Under the pieces are notes generated by a model. That model was given only the letters and a program-made list of their open reading frames with translations, was not told the origin of the DNA and ran no database searches. Below are positions 39,749-48,893 of a stretch of 64,000 nucleotides of DNA, piece after piece (within the stretch, counting starts at the first letter, position 1; each line of letters begins with the position of its first letter). This DNA is from a virus, in IMG/VR virus record IMGVR_UViG_3300025704_002294, positions 1 through 64,000 of that record. One strand, 5' to 3'. Made by a program: the position numbers and the translations under genes.

Positions 39749-41775
39749 GATTATACGAAGTAACTAAACCTGGACAATGCCCAAGAACAAAAGCAACCGA
39801 ATGCAGTTGCGAAAGGCTAAGGCAATTATCAGAAGCAGAAAAGCCTATAAAAGCAGTTGCAGTACTAGAACACGGCGATGCTAAAGGCATAATTAATTTT
39901 GTACAAAAGCCAGGTAAAGCAACAATTATAAGCGGTACTATAAGCGGCTTAACAGAAGGCTTACATGGATTTCACATACACGAATTTGGCGATCTCAGTG
40001 ATGGATGCGATAGTGCAGGCGGTCATTATAATCCGCATGGTGTCGATCATGGCGATGTAGATAATGGTCATATCGGCGACTTAGGAAATATAGAAGCCAA
40101 CAGCAAAGGTGTAGCAGAATTTAAAATAAAATCCAAAACAATTCAATTACAAGGTGCCACAAGCATAGTTGGTAGAGCAGTTGTTGTACACCAAGACGAA
40201 GACGACTTAGGCAAAGGCGGCGATGAGGAAAGTTTAAAAACAGGCAACGCAGGTGATAGAGCAGGATGCGGTGTAATAAAATTATCTGAATTAACACAAT
40301 CAGCAATAGCAGATTTAGATAAAAACATTAGCGACAAGCATTTTAGTAGAAATGAAATGCCGCAAGTCAAAGAACCAGATTTAATAGATAATGATATACC
40401 TTATAAAAAAGGCAAAATAAGTGTAACAAATATTAAACCAGTTCAAACAGATAGAGTACCAGGATTAGCACAAAAAGTTGCAGAAGACTTTCACGGTAAA
40501 GACAAGCCTTTTATACTAGATAAAAACAATTACTTGGTTAATGGTCATCATAGATATGATGCGGCTAGATTATTAGGCATAGAAAAAGTAGATGCAATAA
40601 AAGTAAATGTGCCTATTGAATTATTAATGAAACAATTTAGCCATACCACTAGTGATACAATGGTCGAACATCTAAGCGACGAGGCATCAACGCCAGAAAT
40701 ACACAACAAAGCATTGCAAATGGCCAAGGATGCATATAGAAAGTCTAATAAACAAGTGTCATTTACTGCATTATATGATAAGGCACTAAATAAATTACAA
40801 CCCGGAAACCCACCAACAAAACTAAGTCCTGGTTTCAAGTTAGGTAAACTTCCACATGAAGAAGTAGAGTCAGTTATTCATCAATGGGTCAATCAAGAAG
40901 ATCACATAGAATTAAGTAATGGCATGCATGTACTCAGTGGTGAGAATCACGGTTATGATGATAATGTAGCACTAATAGTTGATGCTGATTATAAAATATT
41001 GGACCATGATGATGACATTGTTGAACTAATGCAACAATTCACAGCACAAGAAATAAACCCAAGCATTGTAGAAAACTTTGACGATGGTAAAAAGAAAGGC
41101 AAAAGCAGACCAGGTAGAGTAAAACGTAGTGGAGCAAGTTGCAATGGTAGTGTTACAGCATTACGCAAACGTGCAAAAAACAGCAGTGGTGAAAAAGCAA
41201 AAATGTATCATTGGTGTGCTAATATGAAGTCTGGCAAAAAGAAAACAAATGAAGATATGGAGAATTTATCTCCTAGTGCAAAACTGGCAGGCGAATATAT
41301 TGACAGTGACGTTAAGAGTGGCAAAATTAAAAACCTAGATGACCTCAAAAGATATATAGTAGAATTACGACTTTCAAGGATAATAGATCATGCCGAAGAT
41401 GCCAGAGCACTTTGGATACATCACTTGACCGTCAATCCACACAATTTACCAGATGCAGTCAACGAATCAGCATTTGAAAATTTAAAATTACCAACTTGGA
41501 TGTCACATACCAGTTTAGAAAAATTATTTGCACAAGAGTACGGTCCTAGATACGGTGACTATGTTGCACATATGGACCTAGACAGTGACGACGATTTGGC
41601 AATGAATGCCAGTGGCATGGGTGATATGGCTTTTGAAATGGTTAAAGCAAATGATATCAAAGTTATGCAAAAATTCTTAGCACAAATGCCTGTGCAGTTT
41701 ACAGTAGATGACCTTAGATTAGACGACGGTATTCAAGTTTGGCATCTAGTTCAACAAAACAAAACTGTACACTAA
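39745..41775 (+). CDS. sodC: Polyprotein: Cu/Zn superoxide dismutase + ParB-like domain + further modules
   Basis: HGFHIHEFGD, GGHYNP, HIGDLGN, GRAVVVH and GNAGDRAGCGVI; ParB-like LVNGHHRYDAA; basic NFDDGKKKG module. Confidence 0.85.
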   Translation: MRLYEVTKPGQCPRTKATECSCERLRQLSEAEKPIKAVAVLEHGDAKGIINFVQKPGKATIISGTISGLTEGLHGFHIHEFGDLSDGCDSAGGHYNPHGVDHGDVDNGHIGDLGNIEANSKGVAEFKIKSKTIQLQGATSIVGRAVVVHQDEDDLGKGGDEESLKTGNAGDRAGCGVIKLSELTQSAIADLDKNISDKHFSRNEMPQVKEPDLIDNDIPYKKGKISVTNIKPVQTDRVPGLAQKVAEDFHGKDKPFILDKNNYLVNGHHRYDAARLLGIEKVDAIKVNVPIELLMKQFSHTTSDTMVEHLSDEASTPEIHNKALQMAKDAYRKSNKQVSFTALYDKALNKLQPGNPPTKLSPGFKLGKLPHEEVESVIHQWVNQEDHIELSNGMHVLSGENHGYDDNVALIVDADYKILDHDDDIVELMQQFTAQEINPSIVENFDDGKKKGKSRPGRVKRSGASCNGSVTALRKRAKNSSGEKAKMYHWCANMKSGKKKTNEDMENLSPSAKLAGEYIDSDVKSGKIKNLDDLKRYIVELRLSRIIDHAEDARALWIHHLTVNPHNLPDAVNESAFENLKLPTWMSHTSLEKLFAQEYGPRYGDYVAHMDLDSDDDLAMNASGMGDMAFEMVKANDIKVMQKFLAQMPVQFTVDDLRLDDGIQVWHLVQQNKTVH

Positions 41776-41795
41776 ACATTCAATAAATATGTACT

Positions 41796-43253
41796 ATGCA
41801 AATAGTACATCATCCTAATTGGTATAGAGATTTTTTAGAAGACATGGCCCGCAGAGGCCCAACACATCTTAGAGATGCCAGTCGACATTGTCCTATTGAC
41901 AATACCATTAATAGTTTTACACACTTCCTGGGAGATAAAAGTTTTATCAAACCTAGAGATCAGATTGATGAATCAAAAAGTTTCTTTTACATGATTAGTA
42001 TTGATTGCTGTGACGATGACAGTATTGCAGAACTAATTTACTATGGCAGAGAACTTGTAAATCAAAAATTAGTAAGACCTTACATTACACAAGAAGCAAT
42101 AGATGATTTAAATAACTTTCACAACTGCGGATTAATAATAGAAAATGCGGCTGAAGGGCATGCCAGTGATAAACTGTTTGACGCATTGCATATATTAGTT
42201 AGCCAAGTAGGTATACCATTTGAAAAAACTTATTACACAAATAGCACTCAAAATTTAAGAGAAATGTATGACAAATATTTACTTAATAAACCTTATGCTA
42301 CAATAGACAAAATTAAAATGTTTAATTGCGGCGGGTGGAATGAATTGGTATGTCAACAAATGCTCGATGACAATTATCAGATTGAAAAAGAGGAAGACAT
42401 GTGCGAGTTTAGAGCAGAAAATCTTATTGATTCTGATGAAATGTGGAGTTTATCTGTGGAATGCTCTAAGCCATTAGAACATATTAGAGAGGATGTTAAT
42501 AAACCGCATTTATTCTTGTATAAACATATGAATGCAAAACGTGGGTTTAGAACATTGTTTTTAGCATTACTTCACAAAGAACATTTACTTGACAATAATT
42601 TATACAGCACACCTGAAGAATGGAGAGGTACGCAAAGTAGTGCTGTAAAATATATTAATTCTATAACATGGGACAGAAATTGGGCAGAAGGTTTCGAAGA
42701 ATTGTACCCTACATTATTAAATGTTAGAGGCAAAATACCAACATACATTGATAGAGAACACAACCATTTAGACTTTGATCCTAACACAAATTTTAGTAGC
42801 GATAATTATATGTACTACAATGCTAGAAGAAACTGTGATATTGAAATTGTAGGCGAAAGTGAATTTGAAGGTTCTATATTTTTAACAGAAAAGTTTCTCA
42901 AAGCAATTATATTTAAACAACCTTTTATAATACTAGGCTCTACTGGCAGTTGGGAAAAGATTAAACAAATGGGTTATATATCATACGAGCCATATATTAA
43001 AGAATCTTATGATAAAAACGATGACGAACTACACCGTATGAATGAAATAATTCAAGAAATCAAACGATTAACAGACTTAAAACGCGATAAACAAGCATGG
43101 AAGGATTGGCTACAAGGTGTGAATAGAATTGCTGTACAAAATTATAATATCTATTTGAACAACCTAATACGTCGTGTAAGAATGAAAACACTAGATGATT
43201 ATGTAGCAGGCACAGGTGAATTAGGAATTCCTATACAAGAGTTAGGCGATTAA
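41796..43253 (+). CDS. Putative glycosyltransferase-like protein (FLTEK family)
   Basis: IVGES, FLTEKFLKAI..KQPFI and E.YD motifs; paralog of 10621..11841. Confidence 0.5.
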   Translation: MQIVHHPNWYRDFLEDMARRGPTHLRDASRHCPIDNTINSFTHFLGDKSFIKPRDQIDESKSFFYMISIDCCDDDSIAELIYYGRELVNQKLVRPYITQEAIDDLNNFHNCGLIIENAAEGHASDKLFDALHILVSQVGIPFEKTYYTNSTQNLREMYDKYLLNKPYATIDKIKMFNCGGWNELVCQQMLDDNYQIEKEEDMCEFRAENLIDSDEMWSLSVECSKPLEHIREDVNKPHLFLYKHMNAKRGFRTLFLALLHKEHLLDNNLYSTPEEWRGTQSSAVKYINSITWDRNWAEGFEELYPTLLNVRGKIPTYIDREHNHLDFDPNTNFSSDNYMYYNARRNCDIEIVGESEFEGSIFLTEKFLKAIIFKQPFIILGSTGSWEKIKQMGYISYEPYIKESYDKNDDELHRMNEIIQEIKRLTDLKRDKQAWKDWLQGVNRIAVQNYNIYLNNLIRRVRMKTLDDYVAGTGELGIPIQELGD

Positions 43254-43267
43254 AGATAAATACATAT

Positions 43268-43423
43268 ATGCGTATAAAAGAGGTTGACATAAACATAGAT
43301 TCGTTCTATAATAGTATCAATGAAACAGTAGCAGGTGCTATTGGTGGCGTGGCAATGCCTCTATTCAAAGAACCAATAAAACGCAAGCCTACTAAGAAAA
43401 AGAAGAAAAAGAAAAATGCGTAG
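43268..43423 (+). CDS. 51-aa basic peptide with CTS-like leader (not in ORF track)
   Basis: MRIKEVDINIDSFYNSINETVAGAIGGVAMPLFKEPIKRKPTKKKKKKKNA; TAAATA-N5-ATG. Confidence 0.7.
   Translation: MRIKEVDINIDSFYNSINETVAGAIGGVAMPLFKEPIKRKPTKKKKKKKNA
43284..43312 (+). promoter_or_regulatory. Perfect sigma70 consensus promoter embedded in a CDS
   Basis: TTGACA-17-TATAAT. Confidence 0.6.
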
Positions 43424-43637
43424 CATAGACAGTAAATACGGATTAACATACATAATGGGCGAAGAAATCTCATTTTGTGAAACATTAAAAGAGTTTGGAA
43501 CATATTACAAAGGCAAAATGAGCGAAAGGCAAATTCAGATTGCTGAAGATTTAAGAAAAAGAGAGATAATTAAACTAGTAAAACTCAAAGATGGACAAGA
43601 CGGATATAGACTATATGCAACAAGTAAACGAATCTGA
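43416..43637 (+). CDS. Hypothetical protein
   Basis: Operonic ORF with overlapping starts and stops. Confidence 0.55.
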   Translation: MRSIDSKYGLTYIMGEEISFCETLKEFGTYYKGKMSERQIQIAEDLRKREIIKLVKLKDGQDGYRLYATSKRI

Positions 43638-44034
43638 TTTAAAATCACAACTTCAAGAAGTACTAAGTGGTATTATTGCTACTTTAGATATATATGAAGT
43701 CGTTGACAATGGCGATACTTACGATATAGTAAATCTTAAAAACAATGAAATAGTATGCGAAGAAATACATTTAAACATTGTTGCAAATATTGTTGCCGCG
43801 GCAATGAATACTGGCGAAGATCTAAATACGTCTACTATAGATAAGATATTAAAAACAGAAAAATATGCTGTATCTAAAATGGTAGAAGTCAAAATATACG
43901 AAGAGTTGACGGAAAATTCTACAAATTTTGACAGAATGGCAATTTATGAAACCAAACTTACAGAGGCAGAACACAAATCTAGTAATGCAATTAACAATTT
44001 GCTGTCACAATGTCAACTGTTAATCTCCTTATAA
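43591..44034 (+). CDS. Hypothetical protein
   Basis: Operonic ORF; exact start uncertain. Confidence 0.55.
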   Translation: MDKTDIDYMQQVNESDLKSQLQEVLSGIIATLDIYEVVDNGDTYDIVNLKNNEIVCEEIHLNIVANIVAAAMNTGEDLNTSTIDKILKTEKYAVSKMVEVKIYEELTENSTNFDRMAIYETKLTEAEHKSSNAINNLLSQCQLLISL

Positions 44035-44075
44035 AAGTACTTCTTTGATAAATATAACTATTAGAAGGGACTACT

Positions 44076-45275
44076 ATGGAAGTAAAACATTTAAATTCAG
44101 ATAACTTAACTAGATTAGGTAAACTTCAGAATTACCTAACAGAAAATTATGACATCAACGTCAACAAAGTTTTACCTAAGCAGAAGTTAGAACAAGCATA
44201 TCAAAATGTTGAAAAAAGACTTGTAAATTTAAGAAATAAAAGTAACAAGTTTCAACAAGATCCTAACTATGGTATGAATATTATGGTTAGAGATGCATTA
44301 GGCATCATGATAAACGAAGGTCTATACTACGAAGGTGAAACATATCGCAGACTAATGGACGAACTGCATGAATACAGTTGCTCATTAGCAGAAAGTGGCG
44401 ACGACTACGATACTATAATGGACAGTTGCAGTAAAAAATATGAGGCCATGCCTGCTAGATATCCAAAAGATATGATACTAGCCGCTATTGCAGAAAAAAT
44501 AATGCCTATGTTCGATGGCAGTATGCAAGAAGACATAGAAGACGAAATAATGGACGTTATTGACGAACCAGAAGTAAAAATTAATGTAGATAATTCAGAA
44601 GATATCCCTTCAAACTTCGAAAATGCTACGGAAGAAATGTTAGCAGAACTAATTGGTGATTATCTAGGAAAAGATAATTGGAAAGAATTTGCATTAGGCG
44701 AACTATTTTCAGAATTAGAAAGTGTTGATATAGAAAAAGCAAATAAGGTAGATAATATGGCAAAAAAATATGGAATAACAGACTTAAAAGAAATGAAGCA
44801 ATTTGAAACATTCTTAGATGATCTAGTAAGCGAGATGGTTGGAGATGACACAATTACTGAAGAAATTTCAGGTACTAGTGTTGAAGAAGCAGAAGTTGTT
44901 ATGGCGGCAAGAGCCTTAAGTAACGACATTCAAGACCACATTGAAAGAATCGGTAGAATGGCAAACGAAGATATACCTTCAATTGCTGATTCAATGGCAC
45001 ATGAATTTGGTGCACAAAAAGCCGCAGAATTCAAAAATCAAATGGAAGGATTACTAAGTTCTTTACTTGATGCTAACAAAAGTTCAAAAGAAGGTGTCGA
45101 CGCTCTTATTGGTACAATGACTGGAGAAGAATCAGCCGCACCAATGCCATCAGAAGATCCACTAGGTGGTGACATGATGGAACCAGCACTAGATGAACCA
45201 GTAGATGATTTTGCTGGTGCAGACGCAGAAGCAGGACCTGAAGAAGAACCTCTAGGTAGAGCAGAAAAGATTTAA
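44076..45275 (+). CDS. Acidic prohead core/scaffold-like protein
   Basis: TAAATA at 44049; acidic and helical; several [LI]xE sites; ends EEPLGRAEK. Confidence 0.5.
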   Translation: MEVKHLNSDNLTRLGKLQNYLTENYDINVNKVLPKQKLEQAYQNVEKRLVNLRNKSNKFQQDPNYGMNIMVRDALGIMINEGLYYEGETYRRLMDELHEYSCSLAESGDDYDTIMDSCSKKYEAMPARYPKDMILAAIAEKIMPMFDGSMQEDIEDEIMDVIDEPEVKINVDNSEDIPSNFENATEEMLAELIGDYLGKDNWKEFALGELFSELESVDIEKANKVDNMAKKYGITDLKEMKQFETFLDDLVSEMVGDDTITEEISGTSVEEAEVVMAARALSNDIQDHIERIGRMANEDIPSIADSMAHEFGAQKAAEFKNQMEGLLSSLLDANKSSKEGVDALIGTMTGEESAAPMPSEDPLGGDMMEPALDEPVDDFAGADAEAGPEEEPLGRAEKI

Positions 45276-45277
45276 TC

Positions 45278-45634
45278 ATGAGGTTTACGGACTTTGCACT
45301 CACAGAATCTGACATGAATGATGTTACATCAGACGTTAAGGAACTTGTTATTAACAAAATAGACGGTGGTGTGCAGTCTGCAAGTCTTGATGCATTTGTA
45401 GAAGAAGTAAACAATTTAGGTATTCCAATTTCAAAAGCAATGCTTAGATTAATTTTAGAGTCACCAGAGTTTGAAAACTTAATTGCAAACGTAGACAATT
45501 CAGAAATAGAATTTAATACACCTGGAAATGTGCCAGACGAAATGGTACCAGAACCAGAAGACATGGAAAATAATGTTTCTAACTTGGCAACATCGGCCGC
45601 TAACCAAGGCATAGGAGATGAACTAAATGTCTGA
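45278..45634 (+). CDS. Hypothetical head protein with CTS-like leader
   Basis: Starts MRFTDFALTE. Confidence 0.55.
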   Translation: MRFTDFALTESDMNDVTSDVKELVINKIDGGVQSASLDAFVEEVNNLGIPISKAMLRLILESPEFENLIANVDNSEIEFNTPGNVPDEMVPEPEDMENNVSNLATSAANQGIGDELNV

Positions 45635-45950
45635 TAGTATTTTTATAAACGCAACAGAGGCTCGTAGAAGAAGCCGAGATAGTGTTGTAATTCTTAATGA
45701 AGTCAGAGCACTCGAAGCCAATGTCTTATCAAACATAAGTGCAGGTTCATTGCAACTAATACAATCAACAGGAACAACAATGACTGGTAATACTTCTTAT
45801 TACCAAGCCTACAATGGCATAACAACTAACACTACTATAACTGATCAAATCAGTACAGTCAAAAAACATTTCACTGACAAAGGGTATTCGGTAAATATTA
45901 CTACAAATTCATCAACCGGAAATACAATTCAGTGGACAATCAAGTGGTAG
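45627..45950 (+). CDS. Probable virion structural protein
   Basis: GGAG SD; T/N-rich; ends F..KGYSV...WTIKW. Confidence 0.55.
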   Translation: MSDSIFINATEARRRSRDSVVILNEVRALEANVLSNISAGSLQLIQSTGTTMTGNTSYYQAYNGITTNTTITDQISTVKKHFTDKGYSVNITTNSSTGNTIQWTIKW

Positions 45951-46648
45951 CAGAAAGCCTTTTAGAAAACAAATACAATTACCCCCAATTAAAAAGAGTT
46001 ACAGCAAAGTCAGGACAACGCCAATACACTGGTGATGACAACAAGCCTGTACCTAGTGTCACAACCATCCTATCAGATACAGGAGACAAGTCGGCATTGA
46101 TTGCCTGGCGTAAACGTGTAGGAGATGCAGAAGCAACTCGCATAAGCACAGAAGCCGCAGGCCTTGGTACCAAAGTCCATAATGCATTAGAAAAGTATAT
46201 ACTTGGCGAGGAATGGAACACTTTTGGTAATAATCATGTTAGTGTGTTAGCAGAATCAATGACGTCAGAAATGATCGACAATGGATTAACTAAAATAGAT
46301 GAACTATGGGGTGTTGAAGTAGCCTTAATTGCCAAAGGATTATATGCAGGTACGTCAGATGCTATCGGTATATACGAAGGCGAACATGCTATTATCGATT
46401 TTAAAACTGCTAAAAAAATTAAAAAACGCGAATGGATCGAAGACTACTTTATGCAAGGATGTGCATACGCATTAGCACATAATGAAATGTTCGAAACAAA
46501 GATACGAAAAGTAGTCATACTCATGGTAGACAGAGAATCCAAATTTAAAGAATTCATTATTGAAGGTGAAGAATTTGACAAGTACTGTGGTAAGTGGGCC
46601 GAAAGATTGGCTGATTACTATGGAAAAGTTGATGCACAAAAAGTCTAG
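45932..46648 (+). CDS. PD-(D/E)xK exonuclease
   Basis: PSVTTIL, GTKVH, YAGTSD, IIDFKTA and Q..AYA. Confidence 0.85.
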   Translation: MDNQVVAESLLENKYNYPQLKRVTAKSGQRQYTGDDNKPVPSVTTILSDTGDKSALIAWRKRVGDAEATRISTEAAGLGTKVHNALEKYILGEEWNTFGNNHVSVLAESMTSEMIDNGLTKIDELWGVEVALIAKGLYAGTSDAIGIYEGEHAIIDFKTAKKIKKREWIEDYFMQGCAYALAHNEMFETKIRKVVILMVDRESKFKEFIIEGEEFDKYCGKWAERLADYYGKVDAQKV

Positions 46649-46691
46649 CATACGTTTATCTGCAAAGTAAACAAAAAAGATAAATAGTTGT

Positions 46692-48440
46692 ATGGCAGAA
46701 AAAGAAATAATTATATCACGAATGCAACAACGCAGAGGTAATCGTATAGATTTACCTCAACCCTTACGAGCGGGGGAGATAGCATTAGCATCAGACAGCA
46801 AAGAAGTATTCATAGGCTTAGATCCTGAGATAGGAGTCACGGCTCAAAATGCAAATGTTGTTTCAGTTAATAATATAGCAGAAGGCTTTAATTATGCTAA
46901 TTCATATCTAAATAATAATTTTGTAAGACTTATCATGCCTAGTAAAAGATTCCCTACAGGAACTTTTAACGGTACTACAAATAACACAACTTTTATAGTC
47001 AGTAGCAGTAGCGGTCAAGCACACGGACAACCTGTATTTAATGCAAGTATAACAACAGGAAATATTAAAAACGTGTTTGATTCCAGTGCATTTGAATCAA
47101 CAGATTTTACAGGTGCTAAAAATGGAGTTGCATTAAGTACAAATGCCACAAGAACTGCGGCTAACTTGCTTAATAACGAATTTTTTGTATCTTCGCCAAC
47201 AAGTACAGGTCAAAACACTACCATAACATTCGGCAATAATCCAACTGGTACAGATGATATCACAATAAACTACTATAGTAATGTCGATATTATTAATGCT
47301 ATGTTTGACACAGGTGTTATAGGAACTACATCAACAACAGGATTTTATGAAGCAAAAAGTGTTGCTAGTTATAGACAATTTAATAATGCGTATATTAGAG
47401 CAGATTACGAAGTAGGCACAGCATTTATTGGTTTAGAAAATAAACACACAGAAGTTTTTGCAGAGTCAACAGTAGTTACTGCTAGTTTAAGCACTCTTAC
47501 AGATATAAAAATTACACCTGCAGGCCTTACTGAAAGAACAGTTTCTTTTCCATCAAATATTTCTAGTATTGCTAATGTTATTAATACGATCAACACAACT
47601 GCAAACGTAAATGCGTATGTTAAGGCTTACGATGTATCTGTTGGTGATAATGTATATTGGTATATATCATCAGATGACGAATTTGCAATTGATCATACAG
47701 TAGGGAGCGATGGAACTGCATTAGGTATAGCAAATATTTCATATACCAAAGCAAACAATTCTATTAAAGGCCAATTAGAAAACTGGATTCATGGCTCATT
47801 AAATGACCCTGCGTTTAACATGTTTGTAGCGGCGCAGGTTGGCAATAAATTTAATTCAGGTGCAACTAGAATTAGTAAGTATACACCATCGACTAGCAGT
47901 GAAAATTTGACATTAACTTTTACAGGTAATCAAGAAGCAGAAAACTTTTCAACAATAACAAATAAAATTTTTGGTGCCAGTGCAAATTCTGATATTACTG
48001 GACTAACAAATGTAAAAACAAACCAAAGACTATTAACACAAGACGACTATGCTGTTCTATTAACAGGTTCCGCTAATTCATTATTCGAAGCAATACCAAA
48101 AACATGTCTAAAAGGTGCAACAACCGATATTGCATCGTTCCAAATTTCAGATGTCGATAGTGCCATTATAGAATATTCAGTAAGAGCATCCGGTGGTTCT
48201 GGTAATGCGTATACTAGAACTGGAACAGTACACATGACAGGCAGTAGTGTACTTGCAGACGCAACACTTAATGACACTGGTGCTGTGATGCAAAACGGTT
48301 TTGGCTCAACTACATTTGATTTAAGTGCAGTATGGGACGGCTTATCAAATACAATGATATTAAGAGCAACAAATAATTTATCAGATGGAACAACAAGACC
48401 AGCCACATTTAAATATCTAGTTAGAAAATGGTTGGGATAA
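46692..48440 (+). CDS. Virion fibre/baseplate-type protein with Mtd-N-like N-terminus
   Basis: RMQQRRG...L.AGEIA.A.D...VFIG N-terminal motif; T/N/S-rich body. Confidence 0.7.
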   Translation: MAEKEIIISRMQQRRGNRIDLPQPLRAGEIALASDSKEVFIGLDPEIGVTAQNANVVSVNNIAEGFNYANSYLNNNFVRLIMPSKRFPTGTFNGTTNNTTFIVSSSSGQAHGQPVFNASITTGNIKNVFDSSAFESTDFTGAKNGVALSTNATRTAANLLNNEFFVSSPTSTGQNTTITFGNNPTGTDDITINYYSNVDIINAMFDTGVIGTTSTTGFYEAKSVASYRQFNNAYIRADYEVGTAFIGLENKHTEVFAESTVVTASLSTLTDIKITPAGLTERTVSFPSNISSIANVINTINTTANVNAYVKAYDVSVGDNVYWYISSDDEFAIDHTVGSDGTALGIANISYTKANNSIKGQLENWIHGSLNDPAFNMFVAAQVGNKFNSGATRISKYTPSTSSENLTLTFTGNQEAENFSTITNKIFGASANSDITGLTNVKTNQRLLTQDDYAVLLTGSANSLFEAIPKTCLKGATTDIASFQISDVDSAIIEYSVRASGGSGNAYTRTGTVHMTGSSVLADATLNDTGAVMQNGFGSTTFDLSAVWDGLSNTMILRATNNLSDGTTRPATFKYLVRKWLG

Positions 48441-48893
48441 TTGCTTGACCAAATAACAAATCCCCAGCAACGATTATCTATATGGCGAGACTATAAAAAC
48501 GGTCGCCCAACACTGGAAAATGTGTTACAATACATCAATTGTATAAAACCAATAAGTAGAACTTTTGATTACTATACTCCTAGTCATTGGCCCACACCAT
48601 GGGAAATATTAGACCAAGGCTTGTTTTGTGTAAGTGGTAAAGCAATTTTATTATACCATACACTAGCACAATTAGAATATATAGATACAAAAAATGTTAG
48701 GTGGATTGTAGCAGAAAATAAAGAAATTTTTGAAGAAGGACTTGTGTTTTTTGACGGAGTATGTTATTATAACGTTTTACCGGATACAAGTGTAAATATT
48801 GAAAATTTTGATAATTACATAACAGTTAGAGAAATTATTAGACAGGAAAAACTCACAAAGATTTATGAAAGTTACAAAGAGAGACGGCACTAA
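48441..48893 (+). CDS. Conserved hypothetical protein
   Basis: WPTPWEIL...FC motif; TTG start. Confidence 0.55.
   Translation: MLDQITNPQQRLSIWRDYKNGRPTLENVLQYINCIKPISRTFDYYTPSHWPTPWEILDQGLFCVSGKAILLYHTLAQLEYIDTKNVRWIVAENKEIFEEGLVFFDGVCYYNVLPDTSVNIENFDNYITVREIIRQEKLTKIYESYKERRH

Noticed and set aside
45932-46648. Cas4 / CRISPR adaptation gene
   Set aside because: It lacks the four-Cys Fe-S cluster motif and any cas context; it is an ordinary phage PD-(D/E)xK exonuclease.
46692-48440. Diversity-generating retroelement suggested by the Mtd-N-like domain
   Set aside because: No reverse transcriptase and no TR/VR repeat pair was seen in the window; the N-terminal domain is a generic fibre attachment module.
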